This document shows positions 20,440-28,733 of a stretch of DNA of 64,000 nt, piece after piece. Position 1 is the first letter of the stretch. Every line of letters begins with the position of its first letter. The DNA is from a bacterium (GTDB taxonomy: Bacteria; Patescibacteriota; Minisyncoccia; Sungbacterales; GWA2-42-14). The translations under genes were made by a program, and so were the position numbers. A model generated the notes under the pieces. It searched no databases. It saw nothing but the letters and a program-made list of their open reading frames with translations, and was not told where the DNA came from. The stretch spans positions 32-64,031 of the forward strand of contig JAUSFV010000006.1 of assembly GCA_030649305.1 (NCBI GenBank), given 5' to 3'.

Positions 20440-21326
20440 GGGTTAAGTCTTCGCGGATCGGGCATCGTAACAAAAGCAACCTCGTTTTCCAAAACTCCAA
20501 GCGCTCCCGCATCCATACGAATACTATCGCCTTCCTGCAACCACGGATATTTTGCAGGCTCAATCTCTTGACCAGTTACCGAGTCAATACGCGCGGCAAA
20601 CTCGGCAATACACCCATTCCCGATGGTACCGGATGCGAGCAGATCTCCCTTCTCAAATCCCTGATTCATCCTGCCATACCACGCAATAACTTGCGCGAAA
20701 CTCCAACACTTCTTCGCGCCGGTTTTCGGGTCATCAAAATAAATGGAACGAAAATTATCCTCACAGCGAAGATCCCATGACACATCTCTCCAATGCTTCA
20801 CGAAAAGCCGCATGTGAATATAGGGAACGCCGTTTTCATCAAAATCAAAGTTGGATGCCGGAACCATCCATGGTCCAAAACTTTTTTCAGCAATACCCTT
20901 GGATGGCGCTACGGAAAGGCGCATCGCCATATCTGACGGCTGAAAGTCGCGCGCGCTCGTATCGTTAAATATGGTGAAAAATGCGTCTCTGGTTACAAAT
21001 TCAATCGCCTCACGCTCGTCCTTGGTTTCAAACGGGTACGGAAAATAAAGACAAATTTCGAATTCATAATCGGCCTTCGTGACAAACGAAGGAAAAATAA
21101 TTGCATCGCCGTTGCCTTTTATTTTGCGCTTTTGTAAATGCGCATCATAGCCATAGGGGCGTTCATACCATTCATCCGGAAAACGCTCGCCGCGCCTCCC
21201 GCGAATTTGTTCCACATGCTTCCGAAAACCAATCATATCGCGAAGCCGCAACGACGATTCTTCGCGCACAACTTCCGCCGCATCATGATACTTTCTACAG
21301 GAATGTCTCACGCTTATCCTCCACAC
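20436..21326 (-). CDS. Fumarylacetoacetate hydrolase family protein
   Basis: EWYERP, DYEFE, FNDTSARDFQ, FGPW, GDLLASGT. Confidence 0.88.
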   Translation of the reverse strand: MWRISVRHSCRKYHDAAEVVREESSLRLRDMIGFRKHVEQIRGRRGERFPDEWYERPYGYDAHLQKRKIKGNGDAIIFPSFVTKADYEFEICLYFPYPFETKDEREAIEFVTRDAFFTIFNDTSARDFQPSDMAMRLSVAPSKGIAEKSFGPWMVPASNFDFDENGVPYIHMRLFVKHWRDVSWDLRCEDNFRSIYFDDPKTGAKKCWSFAQVIAWYGRMNQGFEKGDLLASGTIGNGCIAEFAARIDSVTGQEIEPAKYPWLQEGDSIRMDAGALGVLENEVAFVTMPDPRRLNP

Positions 21327-21418
21327 AAGATGTCAAACAACTTACGAAATTTATACCATACTCAAATAAAAAACGCAAGAAAAAACCGCCCCGACCGTAG
21401 TCGGAGCGATTCATTGAT

Positions 21419-22633
21419 TTACTTTTTTTCTTTTTGAATCTCCCGCCACTGCCTATACCATGAAATTTCGTAATCCTTGATTTCGCATCCCTCTGCGGCG
21501 GGAAGAACCACGAGAGACGATTTCGTCTCAAGCATAATCGCAACCTGGTCAAGCCACGGGAGATTCTCCGGCTTCGGCGGATCTTCCGTACGCTGTTTAT
21601 CAAGCGCGCGGATATCCGGACCATGATAGGTTCCCGGCGGATGCAAGGTGATACACCCGTCCTGAATCTCGGGACGCACGTTGTAACCACGATGATTAAA
21701 GAGAAGCTCAGTCACATAATTCTGATGAGGATACGGAAGAGAATGCCCCCACCGAGGCAAAAACGCCTGAACGGACGCGCCCTCGTCTTCTGTCACGAAA
21801 ATCGTGAGTGCTTTCGGATCAAGATGAAAATCGGCCGAGGAAAGCGCGCGCAAATCTTTCAGATGCAAAACAAACGGATACAAATCCCCTTCCCATGCGA
21901 CTGCCGTAAACGGAGAAAATGGATACCAAAGACACGCCTCACGACCCACATGCTTCTTTACCCGAACAAAATGGTAGGGGCCGCGAAAGATATCTGCGAG
22001 AGGCACCGGTTCGGCAATCTCAAAAGCGGCGGGCGAAAAAGGATATCCGTCAACCCAATAATGCGAGGGGCGCATGATGCGGCTTGAACATTCATACAGT
22101 AAAATAAATGCGTCCCGCTCTTCAAGAAACGCGTACGTAACGCCACGCGGAATGAAAAAGAAATCCCCCTTTTCATAAGAAAGCAAACCAAAATCAGTAA
22201 AAATCTTCCCGTGTCCCCTATGCACAAAACCAAGCGTGTATGCGCCCTCATGCCGATAGATGTTATGCGCGTCATGGCGCCCGTTGAAAAGAGAGACGGC
22301 AATATCGTCCCCCACATATAACCCCCGGGGGAATTCGAGCGAATGAAGATCGTGAGATATTTTTTCGAGATCAAACGCGCGTCGTTCTAGTTTCATATTC
22401 TCCTGTTGCACAAGCAAGGAAGCCCGTGATAGAGAATCGGACTTTCGAGAATATTCGGATTGATAAACCACGCTTGGAGAATTCTCGCAAATTATCTCTG
22501 CCCCAAACTCGAGTTTATAGTTATACAAACCCTTCGGCGCGCGGCCGTTGAGCGGAAACGTAATTTTATCTTCGTATCCCTTGCGCACGCGCTTCTGATA
22601 AGGAAAGCCCGCCATAACCGGCGCGTTTTTCAT
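21419..22633 (-). CDS. hmgA: Homogentisate 1,2-dioxygenase
   Basis: TDFGLL, IPRGVTY, VAWEGDLYP, PYPHQNYVTELLF, TLHPPGTYHGP (H/E/H iron ligands); GGAGG RBS. Confidence 0.85.
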   Translation of the reverse strand: MKNAPVMAGFPYQKRVRKGYEDKITFPLNGRAPKGLYNYKLEFGAEIICENSPSVVYQSEYSRKSDSLSRASLLVQQENMKLERRAFDLEKISHDLHSLEFPRGLYVGDDIAVSLFNGRHDAHNIYRHEGAYTLGFVHRGHGKIFTDFGLLSYEKGDFFFIPRGVTYAFLEERDAFILLYECSSRIMRPSHYWVDGYPFSPAAFEIAEPVPLADIFRGPYHFVRVKKHVGREACLWYPFSPFTAVAWEGDLYPFVLHLKDLRALSSADFHLDPKALTIFVTEDEGASVQAFLPRWGHSLPYPHQNYVTELLFNHRGYNVRPEIQDGCITLHPPGTYHGPDIRALDKQRTEDPPKPENLPWLDQVAIMLETKSSLVVLPAAEGCEIKDYEISWYRQWREIQKEKK

Positions 22634-22774
22634 TCGCCTCCTCCTTCCAAAATTGTCAGTGAGCCACAAACTTTATTTAACAAAAATTTTAAATTTTGTC
22701 AATATAGACAAAAAACATCCCGCGGGGCACAAATATGATAATGAGAACCTTGCCAATCAAAAAAGGAGGCGTAC

Positions 22775-23614
22775 GTGAAAATCAAAAAACAGAATCTGAC
22801 ATTTGATCATATCGCTACGGTCAACGGCGCGAACGACGGATCGCTTGAGAGAACGGTGAGCCTTTTTAAGCTCCTCGGCTTTACCTCAAATATGTATGAT
22901 CGCGCAAAGGGTGTCGGAGAAGACCGTCCCGACGGAACTAAGATGCGTACCATCGTAGTCGCGCGGGACCATGTAAAAATTGCGCTCATGGAAGGGATGG
23001 ACGGGCGGAGTACGGACGGCAAACCCATTGCCTCGCAAATCACCGAATACTTTAGGCGGTTTGGTGTATGCGTCCAGCATATCGCCATTCGCTGTAATGA
23101 CCTTCAGGCGCTCGTGCAAGAATTACATAAGCGCGGCATTCGCTTCATCACGCAATACGAAAACGGAAAGCCGCAAATTCTCGTAAGCGAAGACGAGGAA
23201 GAAGGAACAGTTCTGCAATGTTTCACGTTTCCGGTTGAAGGAACATTCTTTTTTGAACTCAAACAGGTTATCAAAAAAAGAGGCGCAAAAAATATCCAAG
23301 AATTCAGGGATGCGAACGTGAAAGGACTCTGGTCAAGCATCAAGGAAGCCATTGACCAGGGCTGGCTTTTCAACGTCAATATCCGCGGTGAAAAAATAAA
23401 ATCAACCCGCGCCTACTCTCATCCCGAACTTGCGGCGTATATCAAAAAATTAGTTGCGGGAAATCCTTTGTGGGAGAGCGAGGTTGAATATATAACGCGC
23501 GTGGCTGTAGAGAAAACGAAACATGAGATGCTTAATGCGGGAACACTTATCAAGAAAGAAAATCGTCTTGAACTTCCCCTGCCACCCGTGAAAAACAAAA
23601 TCAAAGGCGGGTAA
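22775..23614 (+). CDS. 4-hydroxyphenylpyruvate dioxygenase-like VOC protein (catalytic domain only)
   Basis: FDHIA, VQHIAI, LQCFT, FFFELKQ, FRDANVKGLWSSI; GTG start with AGGAGG. Confidence 0.8.
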   Translation: MKIKKQNLTFDHIATVNGANDGSLERTVSLFKLLGFTSNMYDRAKGVGEDRPDGTKMRTIVVARDHVKIALMEGMDGRSTDGKPIASQITEYFRRFGVCVQHIAIRCNDLQALVQELHKRGIRFITQYENGKPQILVSEDEEEGTVLQCFTFPVEGTFFFELKQVIKKRGAKNIQEFRDANVKGLWSSIKEAIDQGWLFNVNIRGEKIKSTRAYSHPELAAYIKKLVAGNPLWESEVEYITRVAVEKTKHEMLNAGTLIKKENRLELPLPPVKNKIKGG

Positions 23615-23688
23615 AATCCATAATCATTCGCGGAGGTGCTCCGCGAAAAACAAAAGGTCGCAGACATGCGACTTTTTTTCTTTTTCCC

Positions 23689-23722
23689 CTTATCGGCTAA
23701 TTCGTGCGAATTAGCCGATAAG
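23689..23722. repeat. 34-bp palindromic repeat, copy 3
   Basis: Identical to the copies at 5769 and 13564. Confidence 0.95.
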
Positions 23723-23809
23723 AAAATATGCCCACACTAATTTAATTTTATATAAAACCCCCAGCGAGACAAAATAAAAACGCTGCGGGATTCCGCGGCA
23801 TTTTTATCC

Positions 23810-23947
23810 GCCCCGCGATTGGACAGGTTCAAAAGTTTTAGCATGAAATCACGTGGGTTGCCGCAATTTCAGCCCAAGGGCCGAAACAATGTAGGCATCC
23901 CGAAAAAGTGAGATTGTCCTAAAACCTTGACCCGCAATCAACGGAGC
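23810..23947 (-). ncRNA. Unidentified rod-shaped structured RNA (6S-like candidate)
   Basis: End-to-end pairing with G:U pairs on the minus strand; sigma70-like promoter upstream, terminator-like hairpin downstream. Confidence 0.6.
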
Positions 23948-23955
23948 TTATCTTC

Positions 23956-23985
23956 ATTATACACGAAACACAAACCATAAAACAA
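23956..23985 (-). promoter_or_regulatory. sigma70-type promoter for the candidate ncRNA
   Basis: TTGTTT-18 bp-TATAAT on the minus strand. Confidence 0.6.
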
Positions 23986-24067
23986 GACCGCTTCTGAAAA
24001 TGTTGATTATATTTTACAAATATGGTATTCTAAAATCAGAGCACTTTGTCAAAAAATGAGCAAAAAT

Positions 24068-25471
24068 ATGTGCGGATTTCTCGGCATCGCATCGCAAGAA
24101 ACCGATGTTGCGGAAGACCTCTACCTGAGCCTTTGGTCACTCCTGCATCGCGGCAAAGAAAGTTCGGGTATCGTCACCTATGACGGCGCATCCTACCATC
24201 CCGAAAAAGGCATGGGTACGGTTGAGGTAGTATTCGGAGGCGATACGCTCTCGCGTCTCAAAGGACGAATCGGCATAGGACATGTCCGCTACTCCACGAC
24301 CGGAGAAAGCTCTCTCAAAAACGCCCAGCCCATTGAGGGGTCATTCAAAAGCACGCCGTTCTGGATTGCCCATAACGGCAATCTGACAAACACGGAAACA
24401 CTCCGAAAAGAATGCGAAGAACGCGGATACTTTTTTAAAACATCAACCGACACGGAGGTTATCGCGGCTCTCATATATTTCTCCGGCGCGCCAAATTTTG
24501 AAGACGCCCTGAAACGCGCCCTGCGAAAAATTGAAGGCACCTATGCGCTGACCATTCTCTCCAAAGACACGCTGTACGCTGTTCAGGACGAAACGGGCAA
24601 TCGGCCTTTGAGTATGGGGCAAGGAAGGGGTCTTACGGTGTTTGCGTCGGAGAGTGCGGCCTTCGATGTGCTTGGCATCAAATACGTACGAGATATTAAA
24701 GTGGGCGAGATAATCGCGGTATCGCTCGAAAGTCCCCTCCTCCCCTCGGAAATTCCGTTCCGCAATCGTAAAGACGCCCCCGAACGCCCGTGTATTTTTG
24801 AATACGTATATTTTCTGCGCCCGGACAGCAAGTGGTACGAACGACGCGCCCAAGTTGTCCGAGAACATATGGGACGAATTCTATGGAAAGAATGTCCGAT
24901 TGAAGCCGATGTGATAGTGCCGGTTCCTGACTCCAGCAACTTCATGGGCGCGGGACTTTCAAAAGAATCAGGTATCCCGCTTGAGATGGCTTTATTTCGT
25001 TCGCACTATGTGGGACGAACATTCATTGAGCCCGTGCAAGCGCGGCGAACCAAAGAAATGAGAATCAAGCTGAATATAATACCCGAACTTGTTCAAGGGA
25101 AAAAAGTTGTCGTAGGAGATGATTCAATTGTGCGTGGCACCTCAATTAAACGAGCCATTTCGCTTGTTCGGGAGGGGGGTGCCAAAGAAGTCCACGTGCG
25201 CATAAGCTCTCCTCAATATATCTCACCATGCTACTACGGCATTGATACCTATCGCGTCAAAAACGAACTTATCGCGAAAAACCACGCGGGCAACATTGAA
25301 GAAATTCGAAAAGAAATCGGCGCGGATTCGCTCTATTATCTAAGCTTAGAGGGGATGAAGCGCGCCGTGACTGACGCGCGCGATGACGAACACCGCGCCC
25401 TTCAATTCTGCGACGCCTGTTTTACCGGAAATTACCACATCCCCATTCCACAAGAAATCATCACATCATAG
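24068..25471 (+). CDS. purF: Amidophosphoribosyltransferase
   Basis: MCG start, HRGKESSG, GHVRYST, HNGNL, CIFEYVYF, DDSIVRGT, PCYYGID, CDACF. Confidence 0.96.
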   Translation: MCGFLGIASQETDVAEDLYLSLWSLLHRGKESSGIVTYDGASYHPEKGMGTVEVVFGGDTLSRLKGRIGIGHVRYSTTGESSLKNAQPIEGSFKSTPFWIAHNGNLTNTETLRKECEERGYFFKTSTDTEVIAALIYFSGAPNFEDALKRALRKIEGTYALTILSKDTLYAVQDETGNRPLSMGQGRGLTVFASESAAFDVLGIKYVRDIKVGEIIAVSLESPLLPSEIPFRNRKDAPERPCIFEYVYFLRPDSKWYERRAQVVREHMGRILWKECPIEADVIVPVPDSSNFMGAGLSKESGIPLEMALFRSHYVGRTFIEPVQARRTKEMRIKLNIIPELVQGKKVVVGDDSIVRGTSIKRAISLVREGGAKEVHVRISSPQYISPCYYGIDTYRVKNELIAKNHAGNIEEIRKEIGADSLYYLSLEGMKRAVTDARDDEHRALQFCDACFTGNYHIPIPQEIITS

Positions 25472-25561
25472 CAAACCAAAAACGGCTCCTCGCGAGCCGT
25501 TTTTTATTTTTCTATTTTTGCTATTCCCCTCCCATCTTCACCTTTAAACTTCTTCCAAGTA

Positions 25562-25589
25562 CTATTTTCTTATTCGCGCGAATTAGAAA
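25562..25589. repeat. 28-bp inverted repeat flanking the ArsR gene (left)
   Basis: CTATTTTCTTATTCGCGCGAATTAGAAA; exact reverse complement at 25904..25931. Confidence 0.85.
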
Positions 25590-25848
25590 TAAGAAAAATT
25601 AAGACACGAACCGCCGCAGGGAGTGAATCCGCGAGGCGATAAAAAACAGTAAGGCTGACTTGATTTCGCTCAACGATATCTAACTGCCGAAGCAAATTAA
25701 GATGTTTTGAGGTGGCAGTAAAAGATAAACGAATTGCGTCAGCAATTTCCCCGACGCTCAAAGGCCGTTTTTTCTGCAAAAGAAGTTTAATAATCGCGAG
25801 CCGGCGCTTATTCGCAAGCCCTTTTAATATTTTTTCAAGATTTTTCAT
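25570..25848 (-). CDS. ArsR/SmtB family transcriptional regulator
   Basis: LANKRRLAII...SVGEIA...ATSKHLNLL wHTH. Confidence 0.92.
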   Translation of the reverse strand: MKNLEKILKGLANKRRLAIIKLLLQKKRPLSVGEIADAIRLSFTATSKHLNLLRQLDIVERNQVSLTVFYRLADSLPAAVRVLIFLISNSRE

Positions 25849-25903
25849 ATTTTCTTTTCCATCTCTCTTCCTATCTTCTCATCTATCCCCTCTTCTCACC
25901 TAT

Positions 25904-25931
25904 TTTCTAATTCGCGCGAATAAGAAAATAG
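25904..25931. repeat. 28-bp inverted repeat flanking the ArsR gene (right), within a ~40-bp imperfect palindrome
   Basis: TCACCTATTTTCTAATTCGCGCGAATAAGAAAATAGGTGA. Confidence 0.85.
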
Positions 25932-25972
25932 GTGAACCCACGATAAGAAAAATAGAAAAAAATATTCAGGTG

Positions 25973-26578
25973 TTATTCTAGCAAACCATCCAAATTCACA
26001 TCATATAAAATATGGTCCTGCACGAGGTGATAATTGACGAGCTCGCCCTTCTTGAACCAATGCTCGATTTCTTTTTCCGCCTCCCCCACCGAACCTGATG
26101 CGTGAATCAAGTTTCTGATACTTCGCGTATCCCCGTCAGACACCTCATACGAATCTAAAACAAAATCGCCGCGAATGGTGCCGACGTCCGACGTCAACGG
26201 CTCGGTTCCTCCCACAAGCTTTCGCACGATTTTCACCGCGTGCGCCCCCTGCCACACCATCACAATCACGGGGCTTGCAGTCATATATTTTTTCAGGCGT
26301 TCCAAAATTGACGCTGTAATTTCAAGCGGGTCTTCGGACGGCGGGGTTTTCCCTTTTTCTTTGTAACTTCGAATGGTTTTCTCGCCCGTCACCCTCCGCC
26401 ACTCGGAGTCAAGAGTGTAATGTGCCTCAACAAATGCCTCATCCGGCAAAACCATTTTCATCGCGACCAATTTCAAACCGATGCGCTCAAAACGCCCGAT
26501 AATTTCGCCGACCAAAGAGCGCTGAAGCGCGTCCGGCTTAATAATAACAAGCGTTTGTTCTTTTTTGGGATGTTGCAT
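25973..26578 (-). CDS. ndk: Nucleoside diphosphate kinase
   Basis: EQTLVIIKPD, GTIRGDF, NLIHASGS. Confidence 0.96.
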   Translation of the reverse strand: MQHPKKEQTLVIIKPDALQRSLVGEIIGRFERIGLKLVAMKMVLPDEAFVEAHYTLDSEWRRVTGEKTIRSYKEKGKTPPSEDPLEITASILERLKKYMTASPVIVMVWQGAHAVKIVRKLVGGTEPLTSDVGTIRGDFVLDSYEVSDGDTRSIRNLIHASGSVGEAEKEIEHWFKKGELVNYHLVQDHILYDVNLDGLLE

Positions 26579-26589
26579 ACTATAAAAAA

Positions 26590-27474
26590 TTATTTATTCA
26601 CTACGTTATTATTCACTATAAACGATACTCCGTCGCTTTGCAACAAAATATCCCCGTCCAAATCGTTTCGGAAGATGCGCACGCCAAACGCCGCGAGCCG
26701 ATCCAATACTCCTTGATACGGGTGGCCGTAACGATTTTTGCGGCCCACTTGAATAACCGCAATCTCGGGCGAGACAGCGCGCAAAAATTCTTCAGAAGTT
26801 GAAGTTTTTGAGCCGTGGTGACCAACTTTCAAAACATCGGAATCAATAAAGACGCCCGAATATAAAAGTCGATACTCCAATTTTTCTTCGGCATCCCCCA
26901 TCAACAATACGGACGTACTCGCATACATAAGACGGCCTACAACATTCGCATCATGAATATTTTTTGGCGAGACGCCCTCAAAATTTTCAAGGGGTGAAAG
27001 CACATCAAGCGCTACTCCCCCGCCCGCATCAATACGCTCACCCACTTTTGGAATAACAACCGGAATGTTTTTCTCCCGAAGCAATGCGTGCCATTCGGCA
27101 TATTCGGGAATCGTATGATTCGCCCCCGATTCAATCACCACGCCGACATCATACCGCTTCACAACCTCAACCAACCCGTCCAAATGGTCCGCATGCGGAT
27201 GCGAGAGTACTAACACATCAATAGAGCGATCCCAAAAAGGCATTGTTTCCCCGAGTTTCGCAAGCACGGTATTATCCGGCCCGCCGTCAACAAGAATCTG
27301 ATTTCCATTTGGCGCTTCCACGAAAATCGCGTCTCCCTGCCCGATATCAAAAAAATGAACCGACAAAAGCCTGCGATGCGCTTCAGCATAAAAAACCGCA
27401 TACCAAATAAAGACACTCACAAATGCCAACACCCCAAGAAAATACCACCTTAAATTGTTCCTAGAACGTTGCAT
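26590..27474 (-). CDS. ComEC-like metallo-beta-lactamase-fold nuclease
   Basis: DIGQGDA, SHPHADHLDG, KVGHHGS, NRYGHP. Confidence 0.93.
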   Translation of the reverse strand: MQRSRNNLRWYFLGVLAFVSVFIWYAVFYAEAHRRLLSVHFFDIGQGDAIFVEAPNGNQILVDGGPDNTVLAKLGETMPFWDRSIDVLVLSHPHADHLDGLVEVVKRYDVGVVIESGANHTIPEYAEWHALLREKNIPVVIPKVGERIDAGGGVALDVLSPLENFEGVSPKNIHDANVVGRLMYASTSVLLMGDAEEKLEYRLLYSGVFIDSDVLKVGHHGSKTSTSEEFLRAVSPEIAVIQVGRKNRYGHPYQGVLDRLAAFGVRIFRNDLDGDILLQSDGVSFIVNNNVVNK

Positions 27475-27556
27475 ATTTTTTCGTCTATAAACAAGCTATT
27501 GACTTTATTATAAATTACAGTTATACTATATATAATATAACACTGCACGAAGAATA

Positions 27557-28696
27557 ATGGAGGCGCGCATGTCTTCTTTGACAACACCAAATTCCCAAAA
27601 ACAAAGCTTTGGCTTATGGATTCTGTTGTTAAAAGTAGGAACGAAACTCATCCCGATTCTCACAAAACTTATGAAAGTGCTCCCCAAAATTATCAAGGGG
27701 GCGCTTGGCCTGAAAACCGCCGGAGCAGTCGCGAGCCTTGGATTTTATTCGCTCATATTCTCCTGGCAAATGGGAATTTCACTGGTGGCATTTATTCTCA
27801 TTCATGAATTCGGCCATCTCCTGGCAATGAAGGGATGCGGCATCAAAACAAAGGGGATTTATCTTATCCCCGGCTTCGGGGGTGCCGCGATGGCTGCGGA
27901 AAGCTTCAAGAGCGCCCGAAATGAAATGTATATCGCCATCATGGGACCGCTCTACGGGCTATTGTTCATTATTCCGGCAATTCTCCTCTATTTTTTAACC
28001 CAAAATCCAATATTTGCGGCAATAGCGAGCATTATGTCACTTATCAATCTCTTTAACTTGTTTCCGATTAATCCGCTCGATGGCGGCAGAATAATGAAGT
28101 CACTCCTGTATTCTTTGCGAGAGTCCTTAGGATTCTTCTTTATGCTGTTTTCGCTCATAGTTGCCGCATTCGCAGGATGGTATCTCGGGATGGGTCTCCT
28201 CATCCTCATATCAATCATCGGCTTTTTTGAATTAATGAATGACTATGGTCTCGAAGAGGTACTACCAAAATTTAAAGCAACTTTCTTAAGGGCTATGGGG
28301 ATATTCATTATATTCATTATGGCGTCCCCAATCAAACGAAACGCAATAAATCATTCGTGGATATCTTTTACAATTGGACTGCTCTGCGTGGGAGGAATTA
28401 CCGCGGCCTTTATCTACGATATGTGGCAAAGGGCAAAGATAGATCGTGTTCCTTTTTACTTCTATCTTTACGTCTATCCATTCCGAGTATGTATTGACGC
28501 GTTCGCGGGCATAGCAGAACTTTTCCGGATAAAACCCTGTCATCTGAAAAGGATAGATCAGTTTGCGCCAATGGCGAAAAAAGAAGTAGCATTCTACACT
28601 TTCGCGTATATCGTTACCATCATAATAATGATCGCGCTGATTCTTTACACCGACAACATCCCGGGAGCGCATCTCGCCAAAGAACTCCTGACATAA
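27557..28696 (+). CDS. Site-2 protease (M50 family)
   Basis: HEFGH, NLFPINPLDGGR; multiple TMs. Confidence 0.92.
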   Translation: MEARMSSLTTPNSQKQSFGLWILLLKVGTKLIPILTKLMKVLPKIIKGALGLKTAGAVASLGFYSLIFSWQMGISLVAFILIHEFGHLLAMKGCGIKTKGIYLIPGFGGAAMAAESFKSARNEMYIAIMGPLYGLLFIIPAILLYFLTQNPIFAAIASIMSLINLFNLFPINPLDGGRIMKSLLYSLRESLGFFFMLFSLIVAAFAGWYLGMGLLILISIIGFFELMNDYGLEEVLPKFKATFLRAMGIFIIFIMASPIKRNAINHSWISFTIGLLCVGGITAAFIYDMWQRAKIDRVPFYFYLYVYPFRVCIDAFAGIAELFRIKPCHLKRIDQFAPMAKKEVAFYTFAYIVTIIIMIALILYTDNIPGAHLAKELLT

Positions 28697-28733
28697 ATAC
28701 TTCTCTACGGGCGGTTTAATGCAAACCGCCTTT

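Noticed and set aside
5768-23722. 34-bp repeats as a CRISPR array
   Set aside because: Copies are 8-10 kb apart with no spacers and no cas genes
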